Positions 23,356 to 44,789 of a stretch of 64,000 nt of DNA are shown here, in pieces. Position 1 is the first letter of the stretch, and every line of letters starts with the position of its first letter. The notes under the pieces are model-generated. The model searched no databases, was not told where the DNA came from, and saw only the letters and a program-made list of their open reading frames with translations. The DNA is taken from the NCBI GenBank assembly GCA_050613775.1, contig JBODTK010000014.1, positions 124,001-188,000 on the forward strand, given 5' to 3'. Source of the stretch: Neocallimastix sp. 'constans' (Eukaryota). Made by a program: the position numbers and the translations under genes.

Positions 23356-24464
23356 TTAAAGTAAAAGGGATAAAATGGCTGTTGCAACACTTAAAATGAC
23401 ACAGGAATGAAGGGTAATAGCATTTGAAGTATTATCAGCTTCTTTATTAACAGTAACATTTAATGGATTATTAATAGTACCTGTAGAATTGGTGTAACAC
23501 TCATTTGAAGTAGTAGTAGAATTATTTTTGTTATTTTCATTGGAGTTATTAATTTCTCCATTATTTAAATTATTTTGATTGCCTTCATCATTGGATGTAC
23601 TTTGATATGGTGAAACTCCTATACATTCAGAAAGTGGAACAAAATGATATCCAAGACTTTGAACGTATTCAATTACCGTTGGGAGTACAATATTGACTGT
23701 ACTTGGATAAACATCATGCATTAAGGTAATGAAACTATGAGTTTTTGGAGAAACATTTGGATCTGCAAGTTGTTCATTTAAAGTAGCAATCACATTGTCT
23801 ACATCTTCTTTATATTGCCAATCCATGGTATCAGTTCCCCACATAATGATATTGTATCCTCTCTCTCCTAAATATTCTTGAATCATTTCAGACATTTCTT
23901 TCTTATGAGGATCACGTTCAATATAAGCACCATTTCCACAAGGAGGTCTGAAATAAGCAGGTTTTACACCAATAATTTCTTCAATTTTATCGGTCATATC
24001 ATCAACATTTTCTTTCATTGAACCTTCTTCAATGGCTTCAAATAAATCTTTATGATTGTAAGTATGAGAACCGATATCATGACCAGCAGCATAAGTTTTC
24101 TTCACGGTTTCAACGGCAGAAGGATCATTTTCAAGATCACTCCAATTATGAGCATTAATAAAGAATGTTCCCTTTATATTATATTTCTTTAAAACATATA
24201 AAGCGATTGGAGTTGTTTCAGGATTTGGACCATCATCGACTATTAATTATAAAATGATTTAAAATTATTCATTAATATAAATTATTTATTATAAAATAAT
24301 ATAAATATTTTTATTAATTCTTTATAAAATTATTAATTCGTACAAGTTAAAACAAATTGACCAGGCTTTAAACAATTTCTATAAATTTTAGCTTTATCTG
24401 CAACAACTGAATTTGCGAATAAAGTAGCAAGAGTTAAAAATTTTAAATTAATTTTTGGAAACAT
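23356..24464 (-). CDS. Secreted/GPI-anchored CE4 polysaccharide (chitin) deacetylase, 2 exons (24464-24344, 24239-23356), ~334 aa
   Basis: Signal peptide MFPKINLKFLTLATLFANSVVA. Splicing the GT..AG intron 24343-24240 restores TFDDGP. Other NodB motifs are HTYNH, RPPCG, DTMDW and LMHD. An N/S/T-rich stalk precedes a hydrophobic C-terminus. Confidence 0.9.
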
Positions 24465-24541
24465 TTTTTTTTTATTATTATTTTTATTTTTATTTATATG
24501 TTTATTATTCTTAATTATTATTCTCTATTCAATTCTTCTTC

Positions 24542-24578
<37 letters not shown>

Positions 24579-24696
24579 ATTTATTATAATATAAAATTAT
24601 TATAATATTTACTGAATAATTTTTTTTTTTTTGAAGGTATTTTTTTGTCCTTTTATATAATATTTTTTTAATTATAAAAAATTAGTTATTAACAAT

Positions 24697-24732
<36 letters not shown>

Positions 24733-25109
24733 ATTTTTTTATATTTAATAAAAATATTGTTATTCCTTAAAACAGATTATATGTAATTGTTTCAAAAAAT
24801 ATGGTATTTTATACTAAAAATAGATTTATTTACATTGATATAAATTATTTTTAGCAAGTTTATACACAAAAACAAAACTAAAGATATAATCATAAACTAT
24901 AATTATATATTAAATTTAAATATTAAAAAAGTCATTTTTAATATAAATTTTTAAGAAAATTTTTTTTATGGAATTTAAATTTATTGAATGGAAAATTATA
25001 TATATATATTAAGCTATAAAAAAAAAAAAAAAAAAAAAATTGTGTAACATTTTTTTTTTAATATATATATTTTTTTAATTTAGTTCTAAAAATAAAATAC
25101 CAAATAATC

Positions 25110-25141
<32 letters not shown>

Positions 25142-25460
25142 TAAAAATATAATTTCAAAAATTATAATTTTCCCTAAACTTTGATATAAAAAATGATGGT
25201 TCATAAATATATATATATATATAATAAATTAAGTAAAAATAAAACAATTAATAATTATTTTTCCTAAATCTTTCTATTTTAAATTAAATAAGGCATTAGG
25301 AATGAATTTTTATTGAATGGAAAAATAAATAATTCAATTCAATTTTGATTTTAACATATTAAATGAATTATAATTTTAATTTTATTCATTATTTATTTAT
25401 TCCTTTTATGATTTAATTTTATAAATAAAGATATATAAAAAGGTATGAAATAAAAACAAA

Positions 25461-25838
25461 GAAATAAAAATAAAGAAATAAAGATAAAGAAATAAAAATA
25501 AAGAAATAAAAATAAAGAAATAAAAATAAAGAAATAAAAATAAAGAAATAAAAATAAAAAAATAAAAATAAAGAAATAAAAATAAAGAAATAAAAATAAA
25601 GAAATAAAAATAAAGAAATAAAAATAAAGAAATAAAAATAAAGAAATAAAAATAAAGAAATAAAAATAAAGAAATAAAAATAAAGAAATAAAAATAAAGA
25701 AATAAAAATAAAGAAATAAAAATAAAGAAATAAAAATAAAGAAATAAAAATAAAGAAATAAAAATAAAGAAATAAAAATAAAGAAATAAAAATAAAGAAA
25801 TAAAAATAAAGAAATAAAAATAAAGAAATAAAAATAAA
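25461..25838. repeat. Minisatellite, 14-bp unit GAAATAAAAATAAA x ~27
   Basis: G recurs with period 14 (25503, 25517, 25531...). Confidence 0.92.
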
Positions 25839-26059
25839 GGAAAATTTTTAAGTAATCAAAAAAAAAAAAAAAATAAAATACGAAATTAAATACGAATAAA
25901 TTTTATTTATTTTTATTATTTAATTATTTTATTTTATTTATAAAACTTATATTTATTTTAACATTTATTTATTTTAACATATATTTAATAAATTTTATTT
26001 CTTTGGGATGGTATTTTATTAATTAAAATTATTTAATCTTAATATTTTATTTTTATTTA

Positions 26060-26372
26060 TTTATTTATTTTTTTTTTGGAAGTGTATTCTCTTATCTGTC
26101 TAAAAAAAAAAAATTTATTTTTTTTATTTTTTATTTTTTTTCTTATAAATTTTAAATTTTTATTTATTTATTTATTTATTATTTTTTTGGAAGTGTATTC
26201 TCTTATCTGTCTAAAAAAAAAAATTTATTTTTTTTATTTTTTATTTTTTTTCTTATATATTTTAAATTTTTATTTATTTATTTATTTTTTTTTTGGAAGT
26301 GTATTCTCTTATCTGTCTAAAAAAATTTATTTTTTTTATTTTTTATTTTTTTTCTTATAAATTTTAAATTTA
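26060..26372. repeat. Tandem repeat, ~110-bp unit x3
   Basis: The core GGAAGTGTATTCTCTTATCTGTCTAAAAAA occurs at ~26078, 26189 and 26295. Confidence 0.88.
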
Positions 26373-26964
26373 TATTTTTTTAAAGTTTAAAAATTTAACT
26401 TTTTTCCTTTTATCTCTTCCTTTATTTTATTATACTATATTTTATTTTATTTTATTTTTTTTTTTTTTTTTCGTTTTTATTAAAGTTTAAAAGAATTGTA
26501 AACTATTTAATGTATAATATTTTAAAATATATTAATATATACATATATTTTATTTTATTATATATTTTAATTTTTAATTTTTAATTTTATATATATATAT
26601 ATATTTAAGATTTGTTTCATATTAATACTATGATACACTATAATACATCGAAAATTTAAATTACTACAAAAAAAAAAAAAAATTTAAAATAATAATAATA
26701 ATAATAATAATAACAAAAATACTATCATAACACCAAAAACTCGAAAATTTGTATTTTTCATTAATAAAACTTTCAATATTGTAACATCGATTTTTTTTTT
26801 TTTTTTATATATATATATATTTCAAAAAATTGGTCAATATGAATTTAATATTATAAATATACATTGTATTATATATGCCTATAAACAAAAAAAAAAAAAA
26901 AAAAAAAAACAATAGTTTTGAAACAAAAAATAAGTTAAAACAATAAAAATTTTAAAAAAAAAAA

Positions 26965-35274
<8,310 letters not shown>

Positions 35275-36272
35275 TAATAATATTATATTATAAATAAATA
35301 AATAAATAAAAATTAATAAAAATTAGTATAACAATAAGATTAAAATTATATTTATTATTAAAGAAAGAACATATATATATTTATATAAAAAAAATTTTTG
35401 ATAATCCTTAATTTATTACTGATAAAATTGTTTCTATATAATATACAATTAATAAAAAAAAAAAAAAAAAAAAAAATAAAATAAAAAAAAAAAATAAAAT
35501 GAAAAAAATAAAAAATTAAAGAGCTGTATGAAGATACATAAAAAATTATAAAGTTTGGTTATTTTATAATATGAATCAACTATATAATTATTAATTATTA
35601 ACTATAGATATACTAAAATTAATACAGAGATAATATAATTAGTTTAATACAATTAAAAAAAATAATGAATAGTTTTATATTTCATATGATACAAAACTAT
35701 ATTATTAATTTAATAATAAAAGAAAAAAAAAATTAAAATGAAATAATAGTTTAGAAAGGGTTTCTTTTTTTTTCTTTTCTATTTTAAGAATTACGAGAAA
35801 AGAATTACAATTATTAGTTAATTATAAGAAATAAATAAAAGTGTTCCAAATAAAATTGTTCAAAGAAAAAAAAAAATAAATAATATATTCTTTACTCTCT
35901 CCATAAATTGATCCCATATATCATTTATATCATTTAACAATGACTTAAACATTTAATTTTTTTTTTAAAAATGATTAACATGTGATACATAACTGTTATT
36001 TTTATCTGGATAAGAAAAAAAAAATTAATAATAAAATAAAGGAGTAAAATTAAATTGACATAAACATAAATCAAAATTTTTTACATAGATATATGATCAT
36101 CTTATATTTATTTTTAATATAATGATTAACAATAGGGGAGTATTGCATTTTATCTTGGATAAAAAAAATTTTTTTTAATATATACAAATATTTAACCACA
36201 AAAGATTTAATCATTTTAAATAAAAATATATAATTATAGATATATATAATTATTTTTTTTTATTTTACATTT

Positions 36273-36315
<43 letters not shown>

Positions 36316-37697
36316 TTATTATTTTTTTATAATAATAATAATATTTTTTTTTTATATTAATATTTTTATTACTATTTATTTTTTTTAGTAATATTAATAT
36401 TATTTATTTTTTTTTTATGTTAATAAATTTTTTTTTTTTAATATTATTTATTATTTTTTATTATTAAATAATGTCCTTATTTTATTTATATTTTATATTT
36501 TATTTTATATATTTTTTTTTTTTTATTTTCATTTTCATTGTTATATTTTTAATAATTTATTGTATTTTATTTTATTTTTATTATTATTCATTATTTATGT
36601 ATATATTTTTTAATATTGTTTTATACCATTAAATTTTATCTTTTAATTTTTTATTATTCAATTTATATTATCTTTAAATAAAAAATAAAATAAAATAAAA
36701 TAAAATAAAAAATAAAAAAATTTTTTTCTTATATTATTTTATTAATATAAAATGAAACAAAAAAAATTAATATTAATATTAACAAAAGATTATATTTATA
36801 TATTAATTTATATAAAAACATTTTTCATTTTTTTATTCATTAAATATTAAATATTAAATATTAAATATTTTTTTTATTTTTTTATTTATTTATTTTTTTT
36901 TCTTATATATATTTTTAAAATTTTTTTTGTTAGTTTATTTTAGTATTTTTTTTTTTAATTACTATATTAATCATAGTATTATTACTATAATTATATAGAT
37001 AGCTATTATTGATTTCTATAAAAAAAAAAAAAAAAAAAATACTAAAATAAAATAAACTTTTGTTTTATTTATTTATTTATTTATTTATTGTATTTTATTA
37101 TTATTATTTTTTTTTTTTTTTAATTATTACTATATTTATGATATCATTATTTACTAATATTATTTAAATATTATTATTATTATTATTACTATTATTTATT
37201 TATTTAACCTTTTTGTTGTTATTATATAAAACTTTTTTTTTTTTTTTTTTTCGTTCGTTTTATTCTTATTCTTATTATTTTGATTTTATTTAATATTTCA
37301 TTTTTTTTTTTTTTTTTTTTTTTAAATAAAATCATTAATTTAAATATGGGGGGGGAAATATAATATCATTTTATTAATTATCCTAATAATAATATTATTA
37401 TTATTTGAATTTAAAATGTAGATTAAATATTTTTAATCTTTTTTTTTTTTTTTTTTTTTTTTTTTATATTTTATTTTATTTTTATTTTCATTAAAAAAAA
37501 AAAAAATATTAACTAGATTAATTAAATATATATAAACAATTCTCTAAATTTTTTAAAAAGATGGGGAAGGAAATAAAAAATTTTATTTTCAATAAAATTT
37601 TTTAGGTATCAGATTAGATAATAAAAAAAAAAAAAAAAAAAAAAGAAAGGAAAAAAAAAGAAAAGATATATAAAAAAAAGCTATTAAAGTTTATAAA

Positions 37698-40091
37698 TTA
37701 TTTTATTAATAATTGTGATAATTGATAATATATAGCAGAAACAATCCATGCTAATAAGCAAGTATAAGTTATGGAAAATCCTGCCCATTTCCATCCTGCC
37801 TCATGACCAATAGTTGCAATAGTAGCTATACATGGGAAATATAATAAACTGAAGAGCATATAGGCATATGCACCATTAGCATTAAGAATACCAGTATCTT
37901 TAAGTTTTTCTGATAAGTTCTTAGATTGTTCTTCTTCCTCGGCTTCCTCATCACCACCATAAACAATATTTAATGTGGAGACTACAAGTTCCTTAGCACC
38001 CATACCTGAGATAAGACCAACGTCCATTTGCCATGTGAAACCTTGAGGCTTAAAAATTGGTTCAATAAATTTACCAATCCTTCCAATACAAGTTTCTTCA
38101 GTCTTTAAATTACCTTCTGGAGTTTCATGATGTGGGAAGTAGGAAAGAACCCAGATAATAATACTAGCAGCTAAAATAACAGTACCCATTTTCATAAGGT
38201 ATTGTTTACCTCTTTCCCAGGCATGTTTTAAAACATTAAGAATGGAGGGTAATCTGTATTCTGGAAGTTCCATTAAATAATTCATTTCTTTTTCCTTAAC
38301 AAGAAAAACACTGAAAAGTTTAGCTAATATTAAGGCAATAACAATACCAACAACATAAACAGAGAAAATAATTGGAGTAACACGATTTGGGAAGAACGCA
38401 TTAGCAAGAACAGTATATACTGGAATTCTAGCTGAACAAGAGAATAATGAACATACCAAGATGGTAACTAAACGATTTTTACGATTTTCAATACCTCTGG
38501 TAGACATGATAGCTGGAACATTACAACCAAAACCACAAATCATTGGGATAAAAGATTTACCATGAAGACCGAAAATTCTCATGATACGATCTAGAATAAA
38601 TGCGGCACGAGCCATATAACCACTTTCTTCCATAAAGGAAACACAAATAAACAATATAAGAATATTTGGAAGGAAGACAAGAACACCACCAACACCTCCA
38701 ATAATACCATCACAAATAAGGTCTTTTAGCCAACCATCATCCAAAAGACTTCCTACCTTTTCGCTTAACCAACCAAAGAATGCATCAATTAAGTCCATAA
38801 TATGATTACCACACCAGTCGAAAGTAAAACCAAAAATAATAAATATGATTAACGCAAAAATGATGAAGCCAAGCCATCTATTAGTAACAATGGCATCAAT
38901 TCTAGAAGTAATCTTGCTCTTTCCACTCTTACTCTTAGTATATATACCTTCTAAAACTTGATTAATAAAAGCATAGCTTTCACCAGTATTATTAGTATCA
39001 ATAATTCTTGCTTGTTCAATAAAATTTGGAATACTATCCTTTGCTTTTAAAACTTCATCAAAAAGCTGCTTTAAACCTTTACCATATTTAGATGTGGTTG
39101 GTAAAAATTTCATTCCTAAACGACGACTTAATTCTTCATATTCAATAGAATCACCCTTCTTTTCTAATTCATCATACATATTTAAAGCTCCTACCATTGG
39201 AACACCTGCTTTTTGACATTGTAATGTCAAATAGAGGTTACGTTCTAAATTATTGGAATCAAGAACATTAAGAATAACATCAACTTTATTATTATTTAAA
39301 AAATTTTCAACGTACTTTTCTTCAGGGGAATAGGATGCTAAAGAATAAGTACCTGGTAAATCAATAAGATAAACTTTAACTCCATTATGAATAAAAGTAC
39401 CTTCTTTTGAATCAACAGTAACACCACAATAATTTCCTTCTTTTTCATGGCCTCCACTGATATGATTAAACAGTGTTGTTTTTCCACAATTTGGATTACC
39501 AACCAATGCTACTGTAATTTTTTTACCATTCCATTTTCTAAAATTTAAATTACTGATAACTAAATTTTTCTTTTTTTCACATTCTTTTTCTTCTGGACAA
39601 AATTTACAAAAATTTGGAGTTGCAGCATCAACTTCATCTTCTTTAACTATTTCTACTTCTATTTCGTTTTTATTTTTATTTTCATTTTCATCTTCATCTT
39701 CAATTTGTTTATCTGTTTTATTGTGACAAGTTTCCTCAACATTACAACTACATTTATTACTGTTATTATTAATATCATTATCATTATCCTTCTTACCTTT
39801 TGAAGAAATAACATTAGCCTCTTCTATTACAACTTTAAGTCCAGCAGGGCAAACGTCTTTTTCTACTGGTTCTAATGAAATATCAATATTTTTTGTCTCT
39901 GAACGACGTAAAGAAACGGTTGTACCAATAATTTCATATTCCACTGGATCCATTAATGGCGCTTTCATATTATTATGAATTTTTTCACCACGTATGAAAC
40001 CGATCTCTGAGAGTCGACGTGCAAATGCTTCATCGCCATTAACCTGCAATAAGTACGCCGATTCACCGATTTTTAAATCTGAAAGTTTCAT
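37698..40091 (-). CDS. feoB: FeoA-FeoB fusion ferrous iron transporter (copy 2)
   Basis: 797-aa intronless ORF with an FeoA N-terminus, G1-G4 motifs (GNPNCGKT, GNYCGVTV, DLPG, NMYD) and gate/core membrane motifs as in copy 1. Confidence 0.96.
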   Translation of the reverse strand: MKLSDLKIGESAYLLQVNGDEAFARRLSEIGFIRGEKIHNNMKAPLMDPVEYEIIGTTVSLRRSETKNIDISLEPVEKDVCPAGLKVVIEEANVISSKGKKDNDNDINNNSNKCSCNVEETCHNKTDKQIEDEDENENKNKNEIEVEIVKEDEVDAATPNFCKFCPEEKECEKKKNLVISNLNFRKWNGKKITVALVGNPNCGKTTLFNHISGGHEKEGNYCGVTVDSKEGTFIHNGVKVYLIDLPGTYSLASYSPEEKYVENFLNNNKVDVILNVLDSNNLERNLYLTLQCQKAGVPMVGALNMYDELEKKGDSIEYEELSRRLGMKFLPTTSKYGKGLKQLFDEVLKAKDSIPNFIEQARIIDTNNTGESYAFINQVLEGIYTKSKSGKSKITSRIDAIVTNRWLGFIIFALIIFIIFGFTFDWCGNHIMDLIDAFFGWLSEKVGSLLDDGWLKDLICDGIIGGVGGVLVFLPNILILFICVSFMEESGYMARAAFILDRIMRIFGLHGKSFIPMICGFGCNVPAIMSTRGIENRKNRLVTILVCSLFSCSARIPVYTVLANAFFPNRVTPIIFSVYVVGIVIALILAKLFSVFLVKEKEMNYLMELPEYRLPSILNVLKHAWERGKQYLMKMGTVILAASIIIWVLSYFPHHETPEGNLKTEETCIGRIGKFIEPIFKPQGFTWQMDVGLISGMGAKELVVSTLNIVYGGDEEAEEEEQSKNLSEKLKDTGILNANGAYAYMLFSLLYFPCIATIATIGHEAGWKWAGFSITYTCLLAWIVSAIYYQLSQLLIK

Positions 40092-40160
40092 ACTGATTTA
40101 AATTTAAATTGACTAAATTTTTGAATTTAAAAAAAAAATAAAGTATTGTTGATTTATTTT

Positions 40161-40188
40161 AATATATATGTTTTTTAACATATATATT
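40161..40188. promoter_or_regulatory. Perfect 12-bp-arm palindrome upstream of feoAB copy 2 (candidate cis-element)
   Basis: AATATATATGTT-TTTT-AACATATATATT lies 70 nt upstream of the ATG. The arms are identical upstream of copy 3. Confidence 0.5.
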
Positions 40189-40377
40189 TGAATTTATATT
40201 TCAATCTCAATAATAATTATTGTTTTTATTTTTATTAAAAAAAATAAATGATTTACTTTTACTTTTTTTATTTTACTTTTATTATATTTTTAATAATAAT
40301 AATAATAGAAATTTATTATTATTAAAAATATTAATTATTTAAAATATTATTATTATTTTTCTTTTATTTAAAGTTAA

Positions 40378-40443
<66 letters not shown>

Positions 40444-43400
40444 TACTTTTCAATACACTATAAAAGTATATATTACGATAGAAATAATTATTTTTCTATA
40501 ATAATTAATTATTCTATTATTAACTAATTCTATTGAATAGATATTAAAACATATGGGAGTTTATTAAAAAAAAAATAATAATAATAAATATATTATAAAT
40601 AATAAATAATTAAATAATAAATAAATAATAAATAATAAATAATAAATAATTAATAATAATATATAAATAATAAATAATAAATAATAAATAATAAATAATA
40701 AATAATAAATAATTGAATAATAAATAATAAATAATAATATATAATATATAATATATAATAAATAATAAATAATAAATAATAAATAATAAATAATAAATAA
40801 TAAATAATAAATAATAAATAATAAATAATATATAAAATGAATTGAAAAAAAAAAGTTAATACTATTTAATATATTATAATATATATTATATATTAAATTT
40901 TTAAATTAAAAAAAAAGTATATAGATATTTTAATATAAATTAATATTATATAAAAAAATATTATATATTATATTAATAAACTATAATATATTACAATATA
41001 TTATATTTCTATAATCTGTTATTTAACAATATATAACAATATATAGCAATATATAAAAAATAAAATATATCTATAAATAATTTATCTGGTAAAATCTATT
41101 ATTTGTTTATTTACTTATGCATTTATTATTTATTTATTATTTATTCATTTATTCATTTATTTATGCATACCTTATTTTTTTTATTATCCGCTTTTTTTTT
41201 TTTAATTGAAATGACTTTTATAATTATTATAATTAATGAATATTATTATTTTTGATGCACTTTTATTTAAAAACTAACTATTAAGATATGAAATTTTATT
41301 TTATTTTGTTGACATTATATTTAATATATGTTGAATTAATTTCTTATTGAATTATTTAATAATTTTCTTTTTTTTTTTATTTTTATTTCTTATTTTTCCT
41401 TTTTTATATCAAAATAATTAAAGTGCTCTTCGTTTTACATTTTTATATTAACTAAATAAAAAAAAGATTTTTTGTTTTACATTGTAATATCAAATAATTA
41501 AAGTGTTAAGATAAAAAATATTGATTAATTACTTATAAAAAAAAAGCAAATTTTTAATAGTTCAGTCATAATATTAAGAATATTATTATAATTATTAATA
41601 AATTTACTTATAATTTTTTTATTAATATTTATTATTGTTATTGTTATTATTGATACTCTATTCTTTATCATTTTATTTTTATTTTTATTCAATTTTATTA
41701 TTTTATTACTTTACTATTTTTATTTTATTTTATTATTTTATTATTTTTTATTTTTTTATTTTTTATTTTTTATTTTTTATTTTTTATTTTTTATTTTTTA
41801 TTTTTTATTTTTTATTATTATTATTATTATATATTTTTTTTAAATTTTATTTTGAAATAAATTACTTACCTTTAGATGTAACAAAAAAAAAATTTTTTTT
41901 TTCTTTTTGTTTTTTAAATTAATATAGAGTTTTTTAAATTTTGATTTTAAAAGATCAAAAAATAAAATAAAATAAAATAAAATAAAATAAAATAAAAATT
42001 TGAATATGAAATTAGCTTTTAATTTATTTCAAAATGGAAATTTTTAATTTTTTTATCTTTATTTACCAATTTTTTAAAGACTTTTAATAAATAAAAAAAA
42101 TTTTAAAAATGGAAAATTTTACTTTACCAACATTTCAAATATCAGGTAATCGTTTAACCCCACAATTTTTAAAATAAAAAAAAAATATAAATATTTATAT
42201 TTATATATATTTTTAAAAACCCCGCAATAAAATAGAGATTGATCAGTAAAAAAAAAAATTAAGTCAAAATAAAATATAAATTAAAATCTACACATATATA
42301 CGAATAAATTTTATTGTACTATATATATTTGAATTTGAATTTATCTTTAAATAAAACAGTTATTATTCTTTCAATTATTATTATTTTTTTAATAAAAAGT
42401 AAAAAGTCATTATGTCTTTTATAAAATATTCAATATCTATGTAATGAATAAATAATTCTTTATTTTTAATTATTATTATTTTTAATGAAATTTAATCTTT
42501 AATTACTTGAGACTAGGAAGAAAATGCCTCTTTATTGTATCATTTATTTTAGTAATCAAAATATATTAACCAAATTAAAAATTAACTTAATTTTATATTA
42601 ATAATACAATATAATAATATAAATATTATAGTTTTTTTTTATTTTATTTTTTTTTAAAAAAAAAAAAAAATAAAAAAAAATAATGGAAATTTGGAAATTT
42701 AATATTTTAACAAAAAATTTTTGTTAATAAAAAAAAATAATAATAATAAATATACTGATTACATACTAATAAAGATGAAAAAATATTAATAATTTTAAAA
42801 TTATCATGTTTTAAAGTACTTTAAAGGTTTTAGTGATTAGTTATTCAAAAGCCTTTAACTAATAATAATTCAAATAAATAAAAACAAAAGAAAACAATCA
42901 ACAGATGATTATGTAGGCTCGTATTAGACAGGTTAGGATGGAATTATAGACCATTCTTCAATTAACATTTGGTATAATAACTATTTTAATATTTAATTAG
43001 CAAAAAATTACTAATAATTATTTATATAAAAAAAACTAATATAAATTATGAGCATTCATTATAAGATAAGAAGTAATATAAAATTTTATGATTTATGCTC
43101 CATTTAAGGCATAATTAAAATATTTTATTTTATTTTATTTTATTTTTTTTTTGTTAATTTTTTATTTAATGAATTTAGCTATTATAATGTCAGTTTTATA
43201 GTTAATATACTTTTTATAATTGTTTCACATATTTAGATATTTTATTATATAAAAATTTAACAATATTTATATTATTTTTTTGTTTCATTATTCATTATAT
43301 TTTATTAATACATTTTTGTTTTAGAATGAATTGTTGTCTAAATTTATCAAATTTAGGACAATCATATGACTATATACGTTGTTACATTCACCATAATAAT

Positions 43401-43794
43401 GTCATTTCATTTTTAATATTTTTTTCATGGATATTTTTTAAGAGATTTTTATTTATAAGAAGCTATTATGACAATATAATAATAAATAAATAAATAAGTA
43501 AATAAAAAAAAGATTAAAATTAAATATAATATAGCAATTTATATAATAATAATTATATTATATTGGTATTTACAATTGTTTTTATCTTTTTCATTTATTT
43601 ATACTTAGAAAAGTTTAGTTCTTTTTTTAAAAAAAAAGTGATAAAATTTATCATAATAAAACTTCCAAAATGATTTTCAACTTTTTTTTTTTTAATAAAT
43701 CGAAATATTGATAGAAAATAAATTTCTTTATTAGATGTATATATTTCATATAAGGAATTTTATCATATATAATATATATATTTATTATTAATAT

Positions 43795-43828
<34 letters not shown>

Positions 43829-44063
43829 TGAAAGTATACAATTTTTAAAACAAAAATTGAGCAATAAAAATACTAGATATTAGATATAATTAACTTTATT
43901 TAAAGTAAATTTACAAATAAAAATAAATAAATAAATAAAATTCCACATGAAATATTTATATTAATTCTTATAAAAAAAGAGTATATTTTGAATTTTGATA
44001 ACGAAAGTGTTTCTAACTCTTACCATTTATTTATTAAAACTCTAAAAATTATAATTATATTTC

Positions 44064-44237
44064 AAATATGAATCAGAATTATAATAAATAAATATAATGT
44101 ATGTAAATGTATAATATAATATAATATGTGATATAATAACTTCGGTATAGAAGTCTTTGTATCTTTAATTTATAATCAATAAAATAATACATCACTTACA
44201 ACAGATTAAGAGTCTCAATGACTCTAAGGAATTAAAG
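44064..44237 (+). mobile_element. LTR 3' end + PBS-like segment of the copia family (orphan copy)
   Basis: Direct repeat of 51001-51160. It ends ...TTACAACA, followed by GATTAAGAGTC, which resembles the GGTTATGAGCC-type PBS of fungal copia elements. Confidence 0.6.
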
Positions 44238-44238
44238 T

Positions 44239-44780
44239 AAATAAAATAAAATAAAATAAATAGTAGAATATTAAATATAAAGTACAGATTGAATAAAATA
44301 AAATAAAATAAATAGTAGAATATTAAATATAAAGTACAGATTGAATAAAATAAAATAAAATAAATAGTAGAATATTAAATATAAAGTACAGATTGAATAA
44401 AATAAAATAAAATAAATAGTAGAATATTAAATATAAAGTACAGATTGAATAAAATAAAATAAAATAAATAGTAGAATATTAAATATAAAGTACAGATTGA
44501 ATAAAATAAAATAAAATAAATAGTAGAATATTAAATATAAAGTACAGATTGAATAAAATAAAATAAAATAAATAGTAGAATATTAAATATAAAGTACAGA
44601 TTGAATAAAATAAAATAAAATAAATAGTAGAATATTAAATATAAAGTACAGATTGAATAAAATAAAATAAAATAAATAGTAGAATATTAAATATAAAGTA
44701 CAGATTGAATAAAATAAAATAAAATAAATAGTAGAATATTAAATATAAAGTACAGATTGAATAAAATAAAATAAAATAAA
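44239..44780. repeat. Perfect tandem array, 52-bp unit x10
   Basis: GTACAGATT occurs at 44282, 44334, ... 44750 (period 52). Units are identical with no variable spacers. Confidence 0.95.
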
Positions 44781-44789
44781 GTTCAATTA

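Noticed and set aside
42880..43110. Possible degenerate transposase fragment (ITNNYL)
   Set aside because: Too decayed to support a call.
44239..44780. CRISPR array
   Set aside because: Units are identical head-to-tail with no unique spacers, there are no cas genes, and the context is eukaryotic.
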